Shown here: in pieces, positions 1-9,035 of the stretch
Layout: every line of letters begins with the position of its first letter
How positions within the stretch are numbered: the stretch's first letter is position 1
NCBI GenBank assembly: GCA_963713475.1
Contig: CAVQLY010000017.1
Location: forward strand, 37,606 to 101,605
Source of the DNA: an uncultured Thermoleophilia bacterium
GTDB lineage: Bacteria; Actinomycetota; Thermoleophilia; UBA2241
Direction: 5' to 3'
Length of the DNA: 64,000 nucleotides
Notes under the pieces: generated by a model
The model's input: the letters and a program-made list of their open reading frames with translations, nothing else
Databases searched by the model: none
What the model was told of the DNA's origin: nothing
Position numbers and translations under genes: made by a program

Positions 1-831
1 CCGAACGGAGCCGGCAAGACGACGACGCTCCGTATCCTGCTCGGGCTGCTGGACAAGGACGGGGGCGGCGCTTCCGTCCTCGACCTCGATCCGTGGCGCG
101 ACGCGGCCGCCCTGCACAGGCGCCTCGCGTATGTGCCCGGCGAGGTCAGCCTGTGGCCCAATCTCACCGGCGGCGAAGTGATCGACCTGCTCGGTTCCCT
201 GCGCGGCGGCCTGGACCGGACGCGCCGCGACTCCCTGATCGAGAGGTTCCGGCTCGACCCGGCCAAGAAGTGCCGCGCCTACTCCAAGGGCAACCGCCAG
301 AAGGTCGCGCTGGTCGCGGCGTTCGCGTCCGGCGCCGAGCTGTACCTCCTGGACGAGCCGACGTCGGGCCTCGACCCGCTCATGGCCGCCGTCTTCCAGG
401 AGTGCGTGCGCGAGGCGCACGCGGCCGGCAGCACCGTCCTCCTCTCGAGCCACGTGCTCTCGGAGGTCGAGGCGCTGTGCGACCGGGTGACGATCGTCCG
501 GGCCGGTCGCACCGCGGATTCCGGCACGTTCCGGGAGCTCCGCCACCTCACGCGGACCACGGTCGTCGTCGAGACCGCCCGGCCGCTCTACGGGCTGCGG
601 ACGCTGCCCGGCGTGCACGACGCGCGCATCGACGCGACGCGGGCGGAGTTCTCCGTCGACCAGGACGACCTGAACCGCGTCCTCGAGCGGCTCGTGCGCC
701 TGGACGTGCGCTCCCTGACGACGTCGCCTCCGACACTGGAAGAGCTCTTCATGCGGCACTACCGGGACGCGGACGCCGCCGATGACGGCCTCCTCGTCGA
801 GCTCGAAGCCACCCTGGAGGCCGTGCGATGA
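1..831 (+). CDS. ABC transporter ATP-binding protein (5' partial; window begins inside Walker A)
   Basis: Frame-1 translation from nt 1: PNGAGKTTTL Walker A, signature KGNRQKV, Walker B LYLLDEPTSGLD, H-loop SSHVL; stop TGA 829-831 overlaps next ATG (ATGA coupling). Confidence 0.85.
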   Translation, partial: PNGAGKTTTLRILLGLLDKDGGGASVLDLDPWRDAAALHRRLAYVPGEVSLWPNLTGGEVIDLLGSLRGGLDRTRRDSLIERFRLDPAKKCRAYSKGNRQKVALVAAFASGAELYLLDEPTSGLDPLMAAVFQECVREAHAAGSTVLLSSHVLSEVEALCDRVTIVRAGRTADSGTFRELRHLTRTTVVVETARPLYGLRTLPGVHDARIDATRAEFSVDQDDLNRVLERLVRLDVRSLTTSPPTLEELFMRHYRDADAADDGLLVELEATLEAVR

Positions 832-2444
832 ACGTGCTCACCGGAACGGGAAGGCTCATCCGCCTCGCCCTGCGGCGGGACCGCTTCGTGCTCGCCGCCT
901 GGGTCATCGGACTGACCGTCTTCCTCGCGATGACCACGCACATGTCGGTCACGGGGCTGCCGACGCAGCAGGATGTGGTGACCGAGACGCAGTTCATGGC
1001 CGCCAACCCCGGCATGCGCCTGCTCAGCCTCTCCGCAGGCGCGAGCGTCGGCGCCTACGCGATGAGCCGGAGCTACCTGACGCTGGCCATCCTGGCGGCG
1101 GTGATGAGCGTCCTCACCGTGGTCCGGCACACGCGGAAGAGCGAGGAGCGAGGCTGCGACGAGCTCCTGCGAGCCGGCGTCGTCGGCTCCGCCGCGAGCC
1201 TGGCGGCGGCCGTCGTCGTCGCCCTGGCGGCGAACGTCGTGCTGGCGCCGCTGCTCGCCCTGGCCATGATCGCCAACGGACAGCCCGTGGCGGGCTCGTT
1301 CGCAGCGGGCGCGGCCATCGCCGCCGTAGGCGTGGCGTTCACCGGCGTCGCCGCCGTGACCTCACAGCTCTCCTCCACCGGGCGTGGGGCGAACGGCCTC
1401 GCCATGGCGGTGCTGGCGGTCTCCTTCGTCGTCGGCGGCGTCGGGAACATGCTCGGGAGCGTCGACGCGAGCGGGCTGATCGCCCTCCCCGCCTGGCCCA
1501 CCTGGCTGTCGCCGCTCGGCTGGGGATACCTGCTGCGCCCGTTCGGCGGCGACCACTGGTGGCTGCTCGCCCTGTCCGGCGCCTTCGCCGCCACGCTCAT
1601 CGTCGCCGCCGGCTGGTATGCCTCGCGACGCGACCTGGGCCGCGGCCTCGTCCCCGAGCGAGCCGGGAGTGACCGCGCGTCGCGCGCGCTCCGCGGGCCG
1701 TTCGGACTCGCCTGGCGTCTTCAGCGCTCCACCTTTGTCGCCTGGCTGGCCGGCCTCGTCGGCTTCGGCCTGGTCTTCGGGTCCGTCGCCGAGAGCGCGA
1801 CCGGCCAGCAGGGCAGCTTCCGGGAGTGGTATCAGCGCATGGGCGCGACGAGCGACATGCTGCACGCATTCGCGACTTCGATGGTCGAGATGGCCGGCAT
1901 GCTCGTCGCCATCTACGCGGTCCAGGCCCTGCTCAGGATGCGTGAGGAGGAAGCGCGTGGCCGGCTCGAACCCGTCCTCTCGGCGGCCGTCGGCAGGCCG
2001 AGGTGGATGGCGAGCTACGTGGGGACCGTGGTGCTCGGCGCCGTGGTGCTGCTCGTGGCCTTCGCGGCCGCGATGGCGCTCACTGCCGGGCACGCCTTGG
2101 GCGACACGTCCGGGCTGCTCCGCGAGCTGACCGGCGCCGCGCTGGCCCAGTTGCCGGCCGTCCTGGCCATCGCCGCGGCCGTGGTCGCGGCCGTGGCGCT
2201 GCTGCCGCGCCGGGCGGCCACGGTCTCGTGGCTGCTGCTCGCGGCGTCCGTCCTGCTCAGCCCGGTGTTCGGCACCAGCCTCGGGCTGCCGCGCTGGGTG
2301 CTGGACGCCTCGCCGTTCGCCCACCAGAAGGCGCCGGCGCTCGCGATCAGCGCGCCCGCGGTCGCCGCTCTGGCCGCGGTCGCTGCCGGCCTCATCCTCG
2401 TCGGTCTGGCGGCGTTCCGCCGCCGCGACCTGCTGCCCGGGTGA
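828..2444 (+). CDS. ABC-2 family transporter permease (538 aa, polytopic membrane protein)
   Basis: Translationally coupled to upstream ATPase; translation is dominated by long hydrophobic helices typical of ABC-2 exporter permeases. Confidence 0.65.
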   Translation: MNVLTGTGRLIRLALRRDRFVLAAWVIGLTVFLAMTTHMSVTGLPTQQDVVTETQFMAANPGMRLLSLSAGASVGAYAMSRSYLTLAILAAVMSVLTVVRHTRKSEERGCDELLRAGVVGSAASLAAAVVVALAANVVLAPLLALAMIANGQPVAGSFAAGAAIAAVGVAFTGVAAVTSQLSSTGRGANGLAMAVLAVSFVVGGVGNMLGSVDASGLIALPAWPTWLSPLGWGYLLRPFGGDHWWLLALSGAFAATLIVAAGWYASRRDLGRGLVPERAGSDRASRALRGPFGLAWRLQRSTFVAWLAGLVGFGLVFGSVAESATGQQGSFREWYQRMGATSDMLHAFATSMVEMAGMLVAIYAVQALLRMREEEARGRLEPVLSAAVGRPRWMASYVGTVVLGAVVLLVAFAAAMALTAGHALGDTSGLLRELTGAALAQLPAVLAIAAAVVAAVALLPRRAATVSWLLLAASVLLSPVFGTSLGLPRWVLDASPFAHQKAPALAISAPAVAALAAVAAGLILVGLAAFRRRDLLPG

Positions 2445-2559
2445 CGACGGACGCAGGCCGCAGCGCACATCTGCTCGAGCAGGAGAAGGGGCGGCGGCGC
2501 CATCGGCGCCGCCGCCCCTTCCTTCACAGATGCCGGGGATCCCGGCGCCGGTCTCACAC

Positions 2560-3135
2560 TCAGGCGGTCATGCACATCGCATCTTCGGCGTGCTGTGCGC
2601 AGTACGCCGCCAAGGACTTCTCGGACGCCCGCGAGCGACGACGGAAAGATGCCCATGCGGCGACGGCCACGAGCAGCACCGCGACGGCGATGCCGACGAT
2701 CACCCACACGCCGAAGCCGGTCGTCGCCGCGGTGGTCGACGGTGCGGCGAAGGCACCGGCCGCCGGCCGCGGAACGCCGCCCCTCGCACGCAACGAGAAG
2801 CCGTTGCCTGCGACCGTGGTCTCACCGGCGAGCGTCGCCGGACCGGCGAGAGCAGCCACGCCGCCGCGACCCTCACTGCCGGCTGCGGGAGTAGTCACGG
2901 CCACGACGGTCACCGACGCGTCTGCGCCGCCGCGGCCTTCGGTCCCTGCCGTCGGCGTCACCGCGATCGCGGCGGACGACGACGCGGAGACCCCGCCGCG
3001 GCCCTGGGTACCGGCCGCGGGAGTCAAGCTCGAGCTTGCCGCCAGTACCGCCTGCGCGCCGACGGCGATCGCGAGCAGTGCGAGGAGCGACAGGACGATG
3101 ATGCTGCCCAGCCTCTTGGGGGCTGTTGTCTTCAT
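2560..3135 (-). CDS. hypothetical exported repeat protein with C-terminal membrane anchor
   Basis: N-terminal signal peptide (MKTTAPKRLGSIIVLSLLALLAIAVGAQA), three TP[AT]AG[TS][QE]GRGG repeats, C-terminal hydrophobic helix followed by RRRSR; RBS AGGTGG before ATG at 3135. Confidence 0.45.
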   Translation of the reverse strand: MKTTAPKRLGSIIVLSLLALLAIAVGAQAVLAASSSLTPAAGTQGRGGVSASSSAAIAVTPTAGTEGRGGADASVTVVAVTTPAAGSEGRGGVAALAGPATLAGETTVAGNGFSLRARGGVPRPAAGAFAAPSTTAATTGFGVWVIVGIAVAVLLVAVAAWASFRRRSRASEKSLAAYCAQHAEDAMCMTA

Positions 3136-3500
3136 GATGCCACCTGACGTCTCGGTGCCGGCGCTGCAGCTCTGCCCGCCCCGGCACCCTTGCTGGTCGG
3201 CGGTCGCCCGCCTACCTCACCACTGAGGTCGTTCATAGCGTTTCCCCACTCGCGAGCGGTAAACACGATTGATACAGTGTTAACTCGGCGCCTCTCAGTG
3301 TCCTCCAGCATCTCGTGCGCGGCGCGGCGATGGGCCTGACGCTCGTGGCCCGCGGCGGCGACACCTTCTCCGGCGAGGCCTGCGTGGCGAGCGTCACCGC
3401 CACCGAGGACGGCGTGACGCTCGTCGTCCTGTCGGGTGTAGGACCACTGGTGTCGCAGTAAGCTCTCTCCCGAGTCGGGAGTCGTCGTCGGGAGCGGGGC

Positions 3501-4100
3501 TTGAAGAAGATCATCGCGGTCGTCGCACTGGTCGTCGCACTGGGGCTGTCGGCGGCCTCGCTGCTCGCCGGCTGCGGAGGCCGCCCAGCGACCTCCGGCA
3601 CGGAGCCGCCCGCTTCCCAGCCACCGCCGGCCGCCACGCCCATGACCGCATCCCCTGCCGCGCCTGTCGCGGTGCCCGCGATCTCGGACCGCGAGGGACC
3701 GTCCTGGAAAGGCGATCTCGGCGACACGGTCGAGATCGGCTGGTACGACCAGGCCCGCGGCGCCACCGCCGGCGAGCGGATCGCCGTGCTCGCGGTCCGG
3801 CGCGTCGCCGCGCCGGACGACAGCGGGCCATACGACTGGAAGTACGGCATCAAGGTGCGGCTCACCAGCATGGATGAGACGACCGCGCGCGACCCCATCG
3901 CCTACCAGTTCCTGCGCCTGACGCGTGGCTCGGACTGGGAGGACGGGATCGCCGGCCTCGGGAAGGGCGGGGGACCGGATCCCTCGACGGTCGGGAGGCC
4001 CTCGGTCGGCTGGCTCTACCAGTGGGCGGAGGAGGGCTTCAGGCCGACCGAGGTCGTGGTGCCGGTCGGCGCGTGGCAGGCCACGTGGTCTCTGGACTAG
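3501..4100 (+). CDS. hypothetical lipoprotein (TTG start)
   Basis: Lipobox LLAGCGG after hydrophobic N-terminus; GGGAG RBS 6-10 nt upstream of TTG at 3501. Confidence 0.5.
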   Translation: MKKIIAVVALVVALGLSAASLLAGCGGRPATSGTEPPASQPPPAATPMTASPAAPVAVPAISDREGPSWKGDLGDTVEIGWYDQARGATAGERIAVLAVRRVAAPDDSGPYDWKYGIKVRLTSMDETTARDPIAYQFLRLTRGSDWEDGIAGLGKGGGPDPSTVGRPSVGWLYQWAEEGFRPTEVVVPVGAWQATWSLD

Positions 4101-4183
4101 CCGGATCCCCGCAGGCTCTCCCGACCCGTGTTCACGGACCCGGGGCCAAGGGGGAAGAAGGTAGCACGCGAAAGGAGCGGACC

Positions 4184-4315
4184 ATGCCCGACGAGAAGCA
4201 GGATCAGCTGGACGAGATCGACGACGAGATGCCGGACATCGGCGGACCGCCGTGCGGAGACATCTTCGGCACGCCCGACACCATCATCGTCACCGACGAC
4301 ACGACCGGCGCATAG
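4184..4315 (+). CDS. small acidic protein, 43 aa (MPDEKQDQLDEIDDEMPDIGGPPCGDIFGTPDTIIVTDDTTGA)
   Basis: Strong RBS AAAGGAG 7 nt upstream of ATG 4184; the ORF-track ORF 4022..4315 has an implausible Gly/Arg N-terminal extension; convergent with MacB-like permease gene. Confidence 0.4.
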   Translation: MPDEKQDQLDEIDDEMPDIGGPPCGDIFGTPDTIIVTDDTTGA

Positions 4316-4355
4316 AGTGGACCGCGCCGGGAGCGCAGCTCCCAGGCGCCGGCCA

Positions 4356-5546
4356 TCACCCCGCGGAGGGCGATGGTCGGCTCCACCGACGAGGCCTGCG
4401 CCGCAGGCCCGATGCCGGCCAGCACGCCGACCACGATGGCGACGACGATGGCCAGGATGACGGCGGTCCAGAGAACACGGGCGTCACGTCGAGCCAGGAC
4501 CCGCCGGCGAACGCGCCGGCGAACCCTAGCGCAAGGCCGATGACGCCGCCGATCAGGCTGATCACCACGGCGTCCACGAGGAACTGGACGACGATGTCCC
4601 GGCGCGTGGCGCCGACGGCGCGGCGCACGCCGATCTCCCGCGTCCGCTCACGGACGGTGACGAGCATCACGTTGGCGACGCCGATGCCGCCGACGACGAG
4701 GCTGATGGCGGCGATGGCGGCCATCAGCCGCGTCAGCGTCTTGGTGCTCGAGGAGACGGCCGACGAGATCGAGCTCGCGTCGACGATCTGGAAGTCGTTC
4801 TGATCGCTCGTCGCGAGCCCGTGCTGTGCGCGCAGCGTGGTTTCGACGGCGGTGTCGAAGGTGTCCTTCGCGCCCGGCTCGGCCTGCACGCGCACCGTGG
4901 AGATGTCCGGGTGGAACGCGACCAGCCGGCCCTCGATCGCCGACAGCGGCGCGAGGATGCTCGAGTCGACCGACCCAAAGCTCATGCCGCCCTGCGAGGC
5001 CAGCACACCGACCACGCGAAAGCGGACGCCCCCGACGTTGATGGTCTGGCCGATCGCCCGCAGCGGCGAGATGCCCAGGTCGTCCACCGTCGAGGATCCG
5101 AGCACCGCCACCGGCAGGCTGTGGTCCACGTCGAACTGTGTGAAGAAGGTGCCAGCCTCGATCGTCAAGTGGTTGATGGCCTTGTACTGCGGGAAGGTGC
5201 CGACGACGCTGGCCTGCGCCGAGGTGGAGTCGGAGGTGATCGTGGCGTTCGTGTCGACCGTGTAGACCGTCGTCTTGACGCCGGGCGTCTCCCTGATCGC
5301 CGCGAGGTCGCTCTGCGTGATGGCCGTCGCGTTGGAGGAGAAGCGGCTCGTCTGCACGGTGACGGTGTCCGTGCCGAACGAGTTGAACCGGTCGACGACG
5401 GCCTTGGTCGAGCCGCCGCCGATCGAGGTGAGCGCGACCACGGCGGCGACGCCGATCACTATCCCGAGGATGGTGAGCACGGCGCGCAGCGGGTTGGCCC
5501 GCAGGCTCGAGAACGCGAGGCGCAGCGACTCGAGGAAGACGGTCAC
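4356..5546 (-). CDS. MacB/FtsX-family ABC transporter permease
   Basis: Periplasmic MacB-like domain; REIGVRRAVGATRRDIVVQFLVDA motif and TM helices. The last ~36 codons are out of frame: the overlapping frame encodes the expected final TM and PAxxAxxxEPTIALRG end. Two compensating 1-nt indels near 4462 and 4358. Confidence 0.8.
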   Translation of the reverse strand: MTVFLESLRLAFSSLRANPLRAVLTILGIVIGVAAVVALTSIGGGSTKAVVDRFNSFGTDTVTVQTSRFSSNATAITQSDLAAIRETPGVKTTVYTVDTNATITSDSTSAQASVVGTFPQYKAINHLTIEAGTFFTQFDVDHSLPVAVLGSSTVDDLGISPLRAIGQTINVGGVRFRVVGVLASQGGMSFGSVDSSILAPLSAIEGRLVAFHPDISTVRVQAEPGAKDTFDTAVETTLRAQHGLATSDQNDFQIVDASSISSAVSSSTKTLTRLMAAIAAISLVVGGIGVANVMLVTVRERTREIGVRRAVGATRRDIVVQFLVDAVVISLIGGVIGLALGFAGAFAGGSWLDVTPVFSGPPSSWPSSSPSWSACWPASGLRRRPRRWSRPSPSAG

Positions 5547-7201
5547 TGGCCGCCACCCGCAGGCGCGCCGGGCGGCATGCCGCCGCTCGGGAAGCCGCCG
5601 GCCGGCATGCCCTGGAGGACGCTGCCCGTCCCGCCTGACTGCGACGAGGTCGTCCCCGTGCGCGTGGCGCCGTCTGTGTACTGCCCGGTGACCACGGTCT
5701 CACCCTCGACGAGGCCGCTGGTGATCTCCGTGGAGGAGGCGGTCGCCATGCCGGTCTCGACCTGGCGGAAGACCGGCTTGCCGTCCTGCATCACGCGCAC
5801 GAACGACGTGCTCGAGCTGCCGGACACCGCGGTCGTGGGCACCAGGAGCACGTTCTCGCGCTGTTCGATGACGATGTCGAGGGTGCCCGTCATGCCGGAC
5901 TTGGCCAGCTCGGGCAGGTCCTCGGCGCTCACCGTGATGGAGTACTGCGTGGAGCTGGACGAGCCGGAGGCGGACGAGGACGACGCCGGCTCGCTCGAGA
6001 TGAAGCTGATCCTGCCGGTGAACGCGTCGCCGTCGTAGCCGTCGATGGTCATCTGCGCCTTCTGCCCGACCTTCAGGTCGGCGATGTCGGCCTGGCTGAT
6101 GAGCGCCTCCGCCGTGAGCCGGCTCGGCGAGACGACGGACGCCAGGGCGGTGCCCGAACTGACGTGGCTGCCCAGGTTGACGGTCCACGCGGTGAGCACG
6201 CTCCCGGCGGGCATCCAGACGAAGCGGCCGACGTCGAGGACGCCGGTCGCGCTCATCCCGTTGGCCTTCTGCCAGCGCTTGTAGGCCTTCTCTGTCGCGG
6301 AGGTGAAGCGGCCGTTGACCGCCTTCTTGTAGTAGCCCTCGGCCTTGAGGGCGCGCTGCAGGACGGCGACGTTCACGCGCTGCGAGCCGGAGGAGAGGCT
6401 CGTGGACAGGTTCTTCCAGAGCGGCGTCGGGCTCACGAAGGCGAAGACCGGCTTGCCGGAGACGAACAGCACGCGCCCGAGGGTCACCGGCTTGGCTCCG
6501 GCCGGGAGCGCGAGCCGCGTGACGACTCCGCTGAGGCTCGACGAGCTGGAGGAGCTCGTCGTCGAAGTCGTGGTAGAGGTCGAGCCGCCGGCCGCGGCGC
6601 CGCCTGAGCCGCCCGAGGGCTGGGCGCCGCCGGACTGCGACGGTGAGGGCGTGGGGAACGCCGTCTTCGTGGGCGTCGGCTTCGGCTTGGGCGTCGGCGT
6701 CGGCGTGGGCGTCGCGGTCTGAGTTGGGGACGGCGAGGGCGAGGGGCTGCCGGAGCCATCGCTCGCCTGCGGAACGTCGCTGGTATCCGGAGCGGCCACG
6801 GTCAGGGCGGCGTACGTGGTCGTCGTGTCGGCGACCACCTCATCGCCGACCGAGGCGACGCTGAGGCCGGACGACACGCTCGATGTGGTCGGAGTCGTGG
6901 ACGTCGAGCTCGAGGTGCTGCTCGACGAACTGGAGGACGAATCGCTGCTCGCCGCCCCGCCGCCGAGAGCGACGGACGTCGTACCGTTCTCGGAGCTCAG
7001 CGTGAAGTCGGCCTGCACGGTCTGCGAGATCGTCCCCGTCGTCGCCTTCGAAGTCAGGTAGTGGACGCTCGACGACTTGTCGCGGCCGAACCACATGACG
7101 CCCGCCACCGCGACTGCGGCAACGACGATCACGAAGATCCCGACGATCAGCCAGCGCTTGCGCTTCTTCATCCGTGCACTCCTCCGCTCAGCGCCGCGCA
7201 A
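5543..7201 (-). CDS. periplasmic adaptor (HlyD/MacA-like membrane fusion protein) with peptidoglycan-binding domain
   Basis: N-terminal TM anchor, Ser/Thr/Pro linker (TPTPTPKPKPTP), PG_binding_1-like segment (VLQRALKAEGYYKKAVNGRFTSATEKAYKRWQ), C-terminal beta-barrel adaptor-like region (LVPTTAV...GETVVT), Gly/Met/Pro-rich tail; 4-nt overlap with permease start. Confidence 0.65.
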   Translation of the reverse strand: MRGAERRSARMKKRKRWLIVGIFVIVVAAVAVAGVMWFGRDKSSSVHYLTSKATTGTISQTVQADFTLSSENGTTSVALGGGAASSDSSSSSSSSTSSSTSTTPTTSSVSSGLSVASVGDEVVADTTTTYAALTVAAPDTSDVPQASDGSGSPSPSPSPTQTATPTPTPTPKPKPTPTKTAFPTPSPSQSGGAQPSGGSGGAAAGGSTSTTTSTTSSSSSSSLSGVVTRLALPAGAKPVTLGRVLFVSGKPVFAFVSPTPLWKNLSTSLSSGSQRVNVAVLQRALKAEGYYKKAVNGRFTSATEKAYKRWQKANGMSATGVLDVGRFVWMPAGSVLTAWTVNLGSHVSSGTALASVVSPSRLTAEALISQADIADLKVGQKAQMTIDGYDGDAFTGRISFISSEPASSSSASGSSSSTQYSITVSAEDLPELAKSGMTGTLDIVIEQRENVLLVPTTAVSGSSSTSFVRVMQDGKPVFRQVETGMATASSTEITSGLVEGETVVTGQYTDGATRTGTTSSQSGGTGSVLQGMPAGGFPSGGMPPGAPAGGGQ

Positions 7202-7226
7202 ACCCGCCGGCGTTCACCTCGGGCCC

Positions 7227-8168
7227 TCACTGGAAGCTCCCGCCGGATTGGCCGTCACCCGTCTGCCCGCCCTGCTGCGGGAGCGGCATGCCGCTCTGTC
7301 CGCCGCCGCCTGGGAACCCCTGGAACGACTGCAGGTAGACGATGTTCTCGCCCTCGTCCAAGCCGGATACGACCTCGGTCTGCGCGCCCGACTGCCGGCC
7401 GACGGTGATGGTGCGCGTCTCCGTCTTGCCGTTCGCAATGACCTGGACGGTCGCCGAGCTGCCGCTGCCTTTGACGGCCGCCGTGGGGACGAGGATGACG
7501 TCGGCGGCGAGGACCTTGACCTCGATCCGCGCGAAGCCCGTGGATTTCGTCGTCACGTTCGCCGGGAGCTCGTCGAGAGCGATGGTGGCGGCCGCGGTCC
7601 CGTCCGCGTTCGTGGTGACGTCCGTGACCGTGCCGGGCGCGCCGCCGCGGTCACCCTGACCGGGACCGCCCGGGAACCCGCCCTGGGGCATCGGCATGCC
7701 GCTGGCGCCCGGCTGAGGCATGCCGCTGCCCTGCGGCACAGGCATGCCGCTCTGCCCGCCCTGCGGGACGGGCATGCCGCTGGCGCCGGGCTGAGGCATG
7801 CCGCTGCCTTGCGGGACCGGCATGCCGCTCTGCGAGCCGGAGAAGAAGAGCACGGTGGCGGTCTGGCCGGCCGCGACTAACGCCGCGTTCTGGGCGTCGA
7901 TCGTGGCGACCACGACCGTCTTGCCGCCGGCCTTCTCCACCGTCGCGGCGCCCATCACGGACTGCGTGAGGTCGCCGCGTGTGGCCTTGGCCAGCACCTG
8001 GATGACGGTCGGCGTCGCGCCGGCCGCCGGGGTATCGCTCGCGCTCGAGCCGCCGCAGCCGGCGGCGAACGCGGCGAACGCCACGAGGGCTAGGCCGGCG
8101 AGGAGCGCCGCTGCGGCCCCGCGGGCGTCGCGCATGCGGCGTGGTCGGCGGGTCTGGAGTGGGTTCAT
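7227..8168 (-). CDS. lipoprotein, adaptor-like beta-barrel protein with GMPxPQG tandem repeats
   Basis: Lipobox FAAGCGG; internal repeats SGMPVPQGSGMPQPGA x ~3.5; C-terminal region (ILVPTAAVKG...GENIVYL) resembles efflux adaptor beta-barrel domain; overlaps ATPase stop by 4 nt. Confidence 0.5.
   Translation of the reverse strand: MNPLQTRRPRRMRDARGAAAALLAGLALVAFAAFAAGCGGSSASDTPAAGATPTVIQVLAKATRGDLTQSVMGAATVEKAGGKTVVVATIDAQNAALVAAGQTATVLFFSGSQSGMPVPQGSGMPQPGASGMPVPQGGQSGMPVPQGSGMPQPGASGMPMPQGGFPGGPGQGDRGGAPGTVTDVTTNADGTAAATIALDELPANVTTKSTGFARIEVKVLAADVILVPTAAVKGSGSSATVQVIANGKTETRTITVGRQSGAQTEVVSGLDEGENIVYLQSFQGFPGGGGQSGMPLPQQGGQTGDGQSGGSFQ
7665..7850 (-). repeat. intragenic tandem repeat (~24/48-bp units, catgccgctg...) encoding GMP[VQM]PQG repeats
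   Basis: Repeated ggcatgccgct[ggc]gcc / cctgcgg blocks visible directly in DNA 7665-7850. Confidence 0.7.
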
Positions 8169-8911
8169 CGGTGTGCCTCCGCGGCCTGGGAATGGTAGTC
8201 GTGCAGGATGCCGTCGCCGAGGACCAGGCGCCTGTCGGCGTGCTCGGCGACGTCCTCTTCGTGCGTGATCATGACGATGGTGCGGCCCTGGTCGTGCAGC
8301 CGGTCGAGCAACTCGAGGACCTCGCCGGTCGCCTGGAGGTCGAGGTTGCCGGTGGGTTCGTCGACGAGCAGGACCTCGGGGTCGCCCACCAGGGCGCGAG
8401 CGATGGCGACCCGCTGCATCTGGCCGCCCGAGAGCTCGTTGGGGTCGTGGTCGGCGCGGTCGGCCAGGCCGACCATCTCGAGCGCGTCGGCGGCCCGCTT
8501 CAGCCGCTCCGAGCGACGCATGCCCCGGTAGACGAGCGGAGTGGCGACGTTCTCGAGCGCCGTCGTCCTCGGAAGCAGGTTGTGGAGCTGGAAGACGAAC
8601 CCGAGCAGCCGGTTGCGCACGCGCGCTCTGCCGGTGTCGTCGAGTTCGTGGACGTTCTGGCCGGCGAGCAGGTAGGTGCCGTCGTCGGCGCTATCGAGAA
8701 GGCCGAGGACGTTCAGCAGCGTCGACTTGCCCGAGCCCGAACGCCCCGTACAGGCGACCCACTCGCCGCGCACGACCTCGAGGTCGAGGCCTTTGAGCAC
8801 GGGGACTTCGATCGCACCACGCCTGTAGGTGCGGACGACGCCGTGCGCGTCGAGGACGATCTCCGCCTCGTGCGGCGTTGCTGTCATCTCCCCAGACGTC
8901 GGCCCCATCAC
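8165..8911 (-). CDS. ABC transporter ATP-binding protein (MacB/LolD-type)
   Basis: Walker A GRSGSGKST, signature LSGGQMQRVAIARAL, Walker B LLVDEPTGNLD; first gene of minus-strand operon ATPase-lipoprotein-adaptor-permease. Confidence 0.85.
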   Translation of the reverse strand: MMGPTSGEMTATPHEAEIVLDAHGVVRTYRRGAIEVPVLKGLDLEVVRGEWVACTGRSGSGKSTLLNVLGLLDSADDGTYLLAGQNVHELDDTGRARVRNRLLGFVFQLHNLLPRTTALENVATPLVYRGMRRSERLKRAADALEMVGLADRADHDPNELSGGQMQRVAIARALVGDPEVLLVDEPTGNLDLQATGEVLELLDRLHDQGRTIVMITHEEDVAEHADRRLVLGDGILHDYHSQAAEAHR

Positions 8912-9035
8912 TCTCCTCCATCACAAGCACCCGATGGAGTCTCCCAACCGCGGCTGGGATGTTGATGGGACTGGCCTGAGATTCAGCTGAGAGCGACGCT
9001 CGGGCGCCGGCGCGAAGGTCGGTCTCCGCGTGAGG

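Noticed and set aside
3233-3898. 221-aa minus-strand ORF overlapping the lipoprotein gene 3501..4100
   Set aside because: The plus-strand gene has an RBS and lipobox; the minus ORF is Ser/Pro/Arg-rich with no signal or motifs.
4184-4315. Possible Pup-like (prokaryotic ubiquitin-like) identity of the 43-aa acidic peptide because of the LDEIDDE stretch
   Set aside because: Pup ends in GGQ/GGE and carries a longer helical C-terminus; this peptide ends ...DDTTGA and is adjacent to an exporter, not to pafA/dop genes.
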